This document shows, in pieces, positions 57,105-64,000 of a stretch of 64,000 nucleotides of DNA (position 1 is its first letter; the number at the start of each line of letters is the position of its first letter). Made by a program: the position numbers and the translations under genes. Below the pieces are notes generated by a model. It was not told the origin of the DNA. It searched no databases and saw nothing but the letters and a program-made list of their open reading frames with translations. The stretch lies in IMG/VR virus record IMGVR_UViG_3300032224_001477, positions 1 to 64,000 of that record. One strand, 5' to 3'. Source of the DNA: a virus.

Positions 57105-57140
57105 TATTCTGCCAGTAATAATATACAGATCAACAACATT

Positions 57141-57347
57141 TTAAGGTGCAGGGGCTTCCTGCTCTGGGGCCGGATCCTGGGCGGGTACGTCTGCGGGTAG
57201 CGGTTCGTTACCTTCGGCCAGCCATTTTAGGTAGGCTTGGTAGTCGGTGTTGGCTGGGTCGAATGGGATACAGTAGATGTAGTCACCAACAATCATCTGA
57301 ACTGCGTTGTTTATTTTAAGTGTAGGACTGTAAAGCAGTTTGTACAT
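57141..57347 (-). CDS. Tail-fibre-associated small protein
   Basis: IPFDPANTDYQAYLKWLAEGNEPLPAD motif. Confidence 0.7.
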   Translation of the reverse strand: MYKLLYSPTLKINNAVQMIVGDYIYCIPFDPANTDYQAYLKWLAEGNEPLPADVPAQDPAPEQEAPAP

Positions 57348-57348
57348 T

Positions 57349-58431
57349 TTATAACTCCGAGTTAAATGCTACAAGCGCTCCTGTGGCAATGGTGTAAAAA
57401 AAGTTTCCAGATCCAGCTGTTAGCCCAGTTGTGTCAGAATAAAGCGATGATCCTCTTGTGCTTACAACATCTTGAACAAGAGTGGTTGATTTTATTGTTG
57501 AGCCTTGATACGTCTCATAATAGTCTGTACCAGTTGTTGAAACCAGCACTGGATTTGCTCTCATATTTACTGGAAAATACACGCTCCCATAAGACCTTGT
57601 TGTACCCGCGTTAAAACCGCTGAAAATTGGTTTGGTTGAACCTCTTGCGTGTTCATAATAATATCTCTGACACAATGCCAACTCGGTTCCATACGGCCTA
57701 CGCTCAAAGTCGGTTGCGGTTGAACCTGCTTCGAGTTGGACTCCTGTGATGTAGAAGGTGGCTCCGTTTGTGCCAACCAGACTTACAGACCCAGTTGGTT
57801 GATAAAAGAAACCAGATTGCCACGAATTAGCAGTTCCACAGTAAGTTGCTCCGCATCCAAGGCTAAAGATTAAATAAAGTCCAACACCATTAGTTGTTGA
57901 TCCTAATGCATAAGAAGTGTTTGGTGGAATTGTTACGCTAATCTTTGTCCAAGTATTAGCTGAAGAAATTGTATAGTTAAAAGGATATGAACCATAACCA
58001 GTAGTTAAAGAGGCACCAAAGCTACCAGTGAGCGAAGATTGCACCCAAAACGAAATAACAATACTTTGTGCGCTTGCGGTATTGTAACCAAGATCAGTTA
58101 CATTATATCCTTCTACTGCTTGAATTACAGCAAAGAAATCACCTGATCCTACAGAATACGAAGAAGTTGAAGTTACTAATAGACTATTAGTAAATCCAGT
58201 TGGAGCCGTTGATGATTGTTGTGTGTTATATTTGCTTGCAGTGAGTTGAGTGTTCCATCTATCCAAGCAATACCCACCATTCGAAAGTGAAGTGCCACTT
58301 GTTACATTTCTTTGGTTAATCCGCATATCTCCATTGATAATACGATTTCGGAAACCTGTCAGCGCAGAGGTTTTCTGCACACTGCCGTCATTGAAGGTTA
58401 CACCGTTTGTGCCGTGGACAGATACACTCAT
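57349..58431 (-). CDS. Tail fibre / carbohydrate-binding-like protein, paralog 1
   Basis: FRNRIINGDMRI...VQLEAGSTAT.FERRP.GTELALCQRYY. Confidence 0.7.
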   Translation of the reverse strand: MSVSVHGTNGVTFNDGSVQKTSALTGFRNRIINGDMRINQRNVTSGTSLSNGGYCLDRWNTQLTASKYNTQQSSTAPTGFTNSLLVTSTSSYSVGSGDFFAVIQAVEGYNVTDLGYNTASAQSIVISFWVQSSLTGSFGASLTTGYGSYPFNYTISSANTWTKISVTIPPNTSYALGSTTNGVGLYLIFSLGCGATYCGTANSWQSGFFYQPTGSVSLVGTNGATFYITGVQLEAGSTATDFERRPYGTELALCQRYYYEHARGSTKPIFSGFNAGTTRSYGSVYFPVNMRANPVLVSTTGTDYYETYQGSTIKSTTLVQDVVSTRGSSLYSDTTGLTAGSGNFFYTIATGALVAFNSEL

Positions 58432-58592
58432 GATATTGCCTCAGTAGGTTCGTCCGCAGGAAGCGGAGTATTGCCTTCGGCTATCCACTTCTCGTATGCA
58501 GTCCAACTTGAGTTAAATTCGCACTTTGTAATATAGGTAGAGTCTTCAATTCTAAATACGCATTCCGAGTTAAGAGTAAGTTTATAGTTCAT
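58428..58592 (-). CDS. Tail-fibre-associated small protein, paralog
   Basis: AYEKWIAEGNTPLPAD; true ATG at 58592. Confidence 0.6.
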   Translation of the reverse strand: MNYKLTLNSECVFRIEDSTYITKCEFNSSWTAYEKWIAEGNTPLPADEPTEAIS

Positions 58593-58593
58593 A

Positions 58594-59730
58594 TTATAGC
58601 TCCGCATCAGCCGTGTAGTGACACAAAAGCGGGGAACCCGCATAACCTCCTGACGGCCCTGAAGTTTCGTGGAGGGCAACGCCTTTTGTACCCGCGTAAA
58701 GAGTAATCCCAGGGTTGACATTATTCCCGATTGACCCGTTCCAGAAAGACGAAAACCGGTTTAGATTTCCCTGATTGTCCCGATAATTAAAATCCGGAGC
58801 CCTACGCATTTCTGTAGCAAATTTTATCGCACCGCCTCCAACGTACCAAGAGTTTGGTACGTAAAGCTCTTGAACACCTAAAACCATTCCGTTATTAGTC
58901 ACTGTTCCAGGAGCTACATTCATTGAGTACGACTTATCGTAATACCTCTGACACAACGCTAATTCCGTACCAATCGGCCTGCGCTCAAACTCAGTTGCGG
59001 TTGAGCCTGCTTCAAGTTGAACGTTTGCTATCTTCCAATTTCCGGTTGTTTGATTATTAACGTACATAATAAGATACAGACCGTTTTGATATTCTGAGCC
59101 GGAAGGAATAGAAGCTACGGACGAATACCTTGCTAACGAAGACGTAACAGTCCAAGACCCGCCCGTAACTGCTGTATTGGCCCCGAAATTGTCTTTCGCA
59201 TTAGCCGCGTAAAGCACCCAGCTTACAGTTGTAAGAACGCTATTGGCTAGATCTGCTGAAATCACAATACTTCCCCCAGCTAGGTCCGCCGAATTTGCCG
59301 CCTCAATTCTTTGAGAGAATTCAAGCTGCGATATACCTGCGGCCCCATTGATCTGATAATAGAACTGCCGCCCACCTGTTGTATCCGCAATACGTTGTGC
59401 CGTTACGTTCGATCCCGAAGGAAGTACCGTAAAACGATCTATTGTGTATGTGGTTGCAGAAGCCGTCACCGTATGACTCGCCCCAGCATTCCTCTGATCA
59501 ATCCGCATATCACCATTGATAATACGATTTCGGAATGACTGATTATTAAGGTTGTTAATTGTAACTGCACCGCTCGAACTTACAGATAGAATATCAGCCG
59601 TAGTCGCTCCGCTGTTACCCCTCGCCAGCTTAATCGTGCCATCGGGTGAGGATGGGACGGATAGAGTAAAGTTGTTTGTTCCAGTTGCTGACTGGCCGAT
59701 TTGAACTGAGTTTGCTTTGAGGAGGCTCAT
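58594..59730 (-). CDS. Tail fibre / carbohydrate-binding-like protein, paralog 2
   Basis: Same FRNRIINGDMRI and ELALCQRYY anchors; ATG at 59730. Confidence 0.7.
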   Translation of the reverse strand: MSLLKANSVQIGQSATGTNNFTLSVPSSPDGTIKLARGNSGATTADILSVSSSGAVTINNLNNQSFRNRIINGDMRIDQRNAGASHTVTASATTYTIDRFTVLPSGSNVTAQRIADTTGGRQFYYQINGAAGISQLEFSQRIEAANSADLAGGSIVISADLANSVLTTVSWVLYAANAKDNFGANTAVTGGSWTVTSSLARYSSVASIPSGSEYQNGLYLIMYVNNQTTGNWKIANVQLEAGSTATEFERRPIGTELALCQRYYDKSYSMNVAPGTVTNNGMVLGVQELYVPNSWYVGGGAIKFATEMRRAPDFNYRDNQGNLNRFSSFWNGSIGNNVNPGITLYAGTKGVALHETSGPSGGYAGSPLLCHYTADAEL

Positions 59731-59738
59731 AGATTGTC

Positions 59739-60251
59739 TTATGCGAAAATTAATACACAAACGTATGCCGCATCATAATACGAAGCAGCGGTATATGTAT
59801 AAAAAGTAAATACGCCCAACGAAGAAGAAGAGACAGTATGAGCAGAGTTGCCTATATTTATAGCAACTCCAGAAGCGTGATGCGCTGAAAATAAGAAAGC
59901 GTAATTTGTATTAGGAAATGGTGTGCTAAAATTAACGGTATGAGTACCAGTAGTTGTTCTTGAAACACTAGAAACATTCCCGCTCGAGTATATAAACCTA
60001 TTAGTGGCCGAGGCATCAGCTGCCCCACTTGCGTTTCTGGTGGCATCAAAAGCAACCCAAGCCCGTGCGCCAAATATGGGAGCAGAACCACTCTGCGCTC
60101 CATCTAGTTTTGCAGCAGTAATTGCTGCTGCATTCACTTTAGCGGTAGTTACCGCACTAGCAGCAATGTCAGCAGTCGTAATGCAATCGTCTGGCAACCC
60201 CCCTGCGGAGATTCCAGTTATCGTTCCAGTTCCGTTGATTGAGATAGGCAT
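59739..60251 (-). CDS. Tail fibre-like protein
   Basis: ARAWVAFD...SGNVSSV....G...VNF..PFPNTNY motif. Confidence 0.65.
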   Translation of the reverse strand: MPISINGTGTITGISAGGLPDDCITTADIAASAVTTAKVNAAAITAAKLDGAQSGSAPIFGARAWVAFDATRNASGAADASATNRFIYSSGNVSSVSRTTTGTHTVNFSTPFPNTNYAFLFSAHHASGVAINIGNSAHTVSSSSLGVFTFYTYTAASYYDAAYVCVLIFA

Positions 60252-60252
60252 A

Positions 60253-61056
60253 TTAAACCACCGTCCAAACCCCGCCGGTCGGGATCGTTACAGTGACTCC
60301 TGTGTTCACGGCGATCGGGCCGGCCGACACTGCATTCTTATTGCTGGTCATCGTGTAATTCGTTGTCACGGTTTGATCATTCTCCCAGAAAATTTTATCA
60401 GATCCACCCCCGACAGCCCCTGCGGCTATGGTGATTGCGTTGGATGTAACCGATGTCACCCGACCTTTTGCGTCTACGGTGATGGTTGGAATGGATGAAG
60501 TACTTCCGTAACTGCCCGCCGAAACACCCGTTGTAGCCAGGGTTGCCGAACCCGTAACGTTACCAGTGCCGTCAAACGAGCCGGATGTATAAGAGACATC
60601 GCCTGTAATCCCGATTGTCCGTCCGGTAGCCAGGGCCGTAGCCGTAGCGGCGTTGCCCGTACAAGAGCCAGCAGAACCGGATACGTTTCCAGTTACATTT
60701 CCCGTAACGTTTCCAGTCACACTTCCAGTTACGCCACCTGTAGCCGTAATCGCTCCGGTGACTGCCAAGGTTCCAGATAATGTCTGAGACGCCCCTGCTA
60801 TCGTGCCGGTTAAGGTCGGAGAAGCTGACATAACTACGTTGCCGGTGCCAGTAATAGCGTTGGATACCAGGGATTTGTCGGAGCCTGTAAAGACGGCCTG
60901 GAGAGCTGTAGCCGAAGAAACGATTGGAGCAGTTGTAAGGGTAGTAGCCCCGGACACGGACAAGGTTGTTGCCGTAACCGGCCCAGGAGTATTCGCACCA
61001 AGCGTACCATCCAATATACCGTTGGAGGCTTTGATTGTATTAATGGCTTTACTCAT
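60253..61056 (-). CDS. Tail fibre-like protein
   Basis: GNVT repeats, ITVDAKGRVT, FWEN.QTVT.NYT...AGPI. Confidence 0.65.
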   Translation of the reverse strand: MSKAINTIKASNGILDGTLGANTPGPVTATTLSVSGATTLTTAPIVSSATALQAVFTGSDKSLVSNAITGTGNVVMSASPTLTGTIAGASQTLSGTLAVTGAITATGGVTGSVTGNVTGNVTGNVSGSAGSCTGNAATATALATGRTIGITGDVSYTSGSFDGTGNVTGSATLATTGVSAGSYGSTSSIPTITVDAKGRVTSVTSNAITIAAGAVGGGSDKIFWENDQTVTTNYTMTSNKNAVSAGPIAVNTGVTVTIPTGGVWTVV

Positions 61057-61068
61057 TGTTGTAATATA

Positions 61069-61167
61069 TTAGGCCAAACTTGCGGCTTTCTGTAAAAAGG
61101 TGAGCGTGTCCGAGTCGGTCTTACCAACCTTCTTGCCTGCATACTGAGCGATTTCGGATAGGGTCAT
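61069..61167 (-). pseudogene. 32-aa truncated ORF resembling a head-tail adaptor N-terminus
   Basis: MTLSEIAQYAGKKVGKTDSDTLTFLQKAASLA*, starting immediately after the upstream stop. Confidence 0.4.
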
Positions 61168-61479
61168 CTAACTATTCCAAGGGAAAAGAACAACTGAAAC
61201 TTTAGGATTGAGAATATCGTTAATTTGCTCGGAAAGACTTGCTTCAAGTCCGGCAATATCAACTGAAGACGTAACCCAAGATTTTACCGTGTCTTCAGTA
61301 AGTTGATCAAATGGAATGAATGAATCTCCTGGCTGGCTAAATGAGGCTGTACCATAGCGAGCGCAACTTGCATTATTATCAGTTGCTGTGTATTCCCAAT
61401 CAACCTGCACAACAAAATTTTGTTTGTTGTCCAATTCTTTTGCAACTTTAAGTTGTTTGATGTTTAAATTATATTCCAT
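61168..61479 (-). CDS. Tail-fibre-associated protein (DUF7936-like)
   Basis: VV.VDW...YG......FIPFDQLTEDTV..WV motif. Confidence 0.65.
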   Translation of the reverse strand: MEYNLNIKQLKVAKELDNKQNFVVQVDWEYTATDNNASCARYGTASFSQPGDSFIPFDQLTEDTVKSWVTSSVDIAGLEASLSEQINDILNPKVSVVLFPWNS

Positions 61480-61480
61480 A

Positions 61481-64000
61481 TTATGATCCACACATTATAA
61501 CCCAAGCTGTTCCATTTGAAACAAGTGTTGCCCAATTTCCTGCGGCACCCCCAAGTATTGCAGTCCCAGCAGCTGCATTATTTCTAGGAACAACGCTTGC
61601 CGGAGTTGCCGAGACAACCGCAAAAGCTTGAAGTGTTTTTATTGTAAACTCTCTTCCTGTCCAAGATGATGCCGCTGGTAGAGTAACCGTGCAGGTTGAT
61701 ACAGCCTTGTTTACAATAATCCAATTTTCAGTATCGGCTAAAGTAAAGTCAGCAGTCTTTGTTACTGGCGCACCCCGGCCAAATGAACCTACGACTTCTA
61801 GCTTGTTGACTGGTGCTGTTACTCCAATCCCGACATTCCCAGCAAAATAAGATTGAGCTGTTGCATCAGAATATATTGCCCAGTTGCTTGTTCCAGCAGA
61901 AGGATTAACAATACGGACTCCGTAATTGTAAGATGCGTTATACGCACTTGCGTATATTCCAGTATTTACAGAAGCCGATCCAGCAGATTGTCCCATGATG
62001 GAATAATTAACTGTACCAGCACCACCGTTATTAACGCAGTTAATACCTTGACCACCTGTGTGAATTACCTCTAATCGTGATCCAGGATTCGTAGTCCCAA
62101 TCCCGACATTGCCTCCTGGGGCAATATATAATCTTTCAACGCTTGCTGCGTTAGATCTTTCCCTAAAAGCAAAACCATTACCCGATCCATTTCCAGCTGA
62201 GTCTTGGTTTGATAGTTCCCACCAATAATCGGGATTTGTTGTGTATAAAGAAATATAATTTCTGAAATTTGATGCATTGGCCCCACCTTGAAAGCGAGCG
62301 ACTTCATTTGCTGAAGTTGGGTTTACCGTTAGAGTATGAAGTTTTGTGGCAGGAGTTGTAGTCCCAATGCCAACATTACCAGATCCAATAACACTAATTG
62401 CTGGATTAAATGTTGTTCCGTCTGTTGCGCTTACAACTCCAATTTGAACTCCTGCGTCAGCATAATCTGCGCCATATAATTTTGTATTAAAACTTGTTCC
62501 AACTTGACCAATGCCAAGCCCAAATCTATATTTATTTGAAGTATTGTATAATGATATTTTTTCGCCAACTGTTCCGCTAAAAGCTAATTTTGCATCTGGG
62601 TTCGTTACCCCAATCCCAACATTGCCACTTGAATCAATGCGGAGGCGTTCGTTTGCGTTTGTTGATAAAGCCGCAACACCGCTTGCTGGTGAATACCAAG
62701 ATGGAGTTGTGCCTAATGCTGGAGAGCTTGCGGCTGCATTTTGAAGAAATATTTCTTTCCCTTGAATGTTTCCATTTGAGACATCTAGTTTGACAGTAGG
62801 ACTCGTCGTCCCAATCCCAACATTGCCACTTGAATCAATGCGGAAGCGTTCGTTGTAATCTGTGCCAAATGCCAAATGCCTTGCACCAGATGTATCCGAC
62901 CTGTCTGCTCTTATTAAAACACCGTTGGCACCATCTGGAACAACCCTTAAAACAGAACCAGATGATCCAGCCGTTCCTACTTCAAGTTTAGCTGTTGGGC
63001 TGACAACCCCAATCCCAACATTTCCGTTGTTATCAACAACAGCGAGTGTTGATCCTGCATTAAAATTTAATTTAAGAGCCGTGTCGTTTGCAGTATAACC
63101 CAATCTAAACTGATTGGTTCCGTCTGGACGATCAAATTGAATTGCGCCGCCAGTTGCTATGTGAAGTTTTGTCTGAGGACTCTCAGTCCCAATTCCAACA
63201 TTGCCACTTGTGCTTATTGTTGCAGCTATGGAGTTATTTGCGTAAAGGTTTACTGGATGATTTGTTTGCGACCCGATTGCTATTGATGTATCAGAACGAT
63301 TAAACAGTATGCCAGTCATAGTTCCGTTTGTAACTCTTATTCCGCTATTTGCAGATGCGACTACATCTAGCCTTGTGCCTGGACTCGTCGTTCCAATCCC
63401 AACATTTCCACTCGCATCCTTGTAAATCTGTCCACTTCCCACATTGATGACAGCTGTGGAGGCGGTGATTGCACCAGTCACTCCTAAAGTGCCGGTCAAC
63501 GATGTAGCGCCTGAACCGTCTATGCTGGCCCTTTGAACTCCGTTTGTCGTCACAGCTAGAGTATTCGCCGCCGGAAAGTAAACTCCGGTGTCTGTATCTT
63601 CAAAAGTGGTGATGGACGGAGCTGCGGCTGTGCCCGCTTGAAATTTTAAGGTTCCTGCAATCGTATCGGCTGCCGTGAATCCAACAATTTCAAGGGTATC
63701 CCCGGCTGTTGCTGGGGTTACAAGGGTGAAGGATGTTCCGTTGGATACGTCCACATCGGTACCCGTGACAAGTTTGGTTCCATTTTGAAAAACATCGAGT
63801 TGATTAGGTGTGTATCCACCAGATACTGAGAAAAGGGTCTGGGCAGCAGTAGCGGTAAAAGCTAGTCGTTTAGGAGTTGCGGGACTACTGAAATACCCGC
63901 TAGCAAGACCGACAACATCGATCGTGTCACCGGCCGACGCGCCCGTGGATAAAACAACAGTCGATCCACTAGTCACAGTTACCGTGGTCCCGTTGACCAA
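61481..64000 (-). CDS. Long tail fibre with 8 GNVGIG repeats (5' end outside window)
   Basis: Eight xGNVGIG[TV]xxP repeats separating variable modules; F.AGTAAAPSI motif. Confidence 0.8.
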   Translation of the reverse strand: MVNGTTVTVTSGSTVVLSTGASAGDTIDVVGLASGYFSSPATPKRLAFTATAAQTLFSVSGGYTPNQLDVFQNGTKLVTGTDVDVSNGTSFTLVTPATAGDTLEIVGFTAADTIAGTLKFQAGTAAAPSITTFEDTDTGVYFPAANTLAVTTNGVQRASIDGSGATSLTGTLGVTGAITASTAVINVGSGQIYKDASGNVGIGTTSPGTRLDVVASANSGIRVTNGTMTGILFNRSDTSIAIGSQTNHPVNLYANNSIAATISTSGNVGIGTESPQTKLHIATGGAIQFDRPDGTNQFRLGYTANDTALKLNFNAGSTLAVVDNNGNVGIGVVSPTAKLEVGTAGSSGSVLRVVPDGANGVLIRADRSDTSGARHLAFGTDYNERFRIDSSGNVGIGTTSPTVKLDVSNGNIQGKEIFLQNAAASSPALGTTPSWYSPASGVAALSTNANERLRIDSSGNVGIGVTNPDAKLAFSGTVGEKISLYNTSNKYRFGLGIGQVGTSFNTKLYGADYADAGVQIGVVSATDGTTFNPAISVIGSGNVGIGTTTPATKLHTLTVNPTSANEVARFQGGANASNFRNYISLYTTNPDYWWELSNQDSAGNGSGNGFAFRERSNAASVERLYIAPGGNVGIGTTNPGSRLEVIHTGGQGINCVNNGGAGTVNYSIMGQSAGSASVNTGIYASAYNASYNYGVRIVNPSAGTSNWAIYSDATAQSYFAGNVGIGVTAPVNKLEVVGSFGRGAPVTKTADFTLADTENWIIVNKAVSTCTVTLPAASSWTGREFTIKTLQAFAVVSATPASVVPRNNAAAGTAILGGAAGNWATLVSNGTAWVIMCGS

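Noticed and set aside
57349-64000. Diversity-generating retroelement or invertase shufflon
   Set aside because: No reverse transcriptase in the window, differences between repeats are not adenine-specific, and all modules are co-oriented.

Overview
The window is most of a tailed dsDNA phage genome (Caudoviricetes, podovirus-like internal-virion-protein block) in its non-integrated form. Minus strand, 1-8.6 kb: head/packaging genes (terL, portal, scaffold-like protein, head-fibre-like protein, 5' part of the major capsid protein). 8.6-8.9 kb: attP-like region carrying the 5' half of a tRNA-Ser(GCT). Plus strand, 8.9-20.4 kb: tyrosine integrase, RHH protein, excisionase-like HTH, resolvase, SF2 helicase, Cas4-like nuclease, family A polymerase, primase-helicase, 2OG-Fe(II) oxygenase. 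23.4-23.75 kb: an iteron-rich origin-like element. 25.4-39.4 kb: an early region (terS, many small ORFs, DUF932, rIIA/rIIB, Gp88, two HhH glycosylases). Minus strand, 39.4-64 kb: GH73 lysin, a 4167-aa polyvalent virion protein, ejection proteins and mosaic tail-fibre genes. The most notable unexplained signals are: (i) a 22-bp palindrome TAYTGDC-N8-GHCARTA found about 14 times, mostly at gene starts, one copy overlapping the start of an HTH gene; (ii) a ~200-nt multi-hairpin element closed by a 29/30-bp inverted repeat, followed by an H-type pseudoknot; (iii) an attP that supplies the 5' rather than the 3' half of the tRNA, with no CI-type repressor in the window; (iv) two divergent HhH DNA glycosylases next to Gp88; (v) degenerate SLOG, macro-like, ASCH and zincin domains in the giant virion protein. 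All family assignments come from motif recognition by eye, not from database searches.
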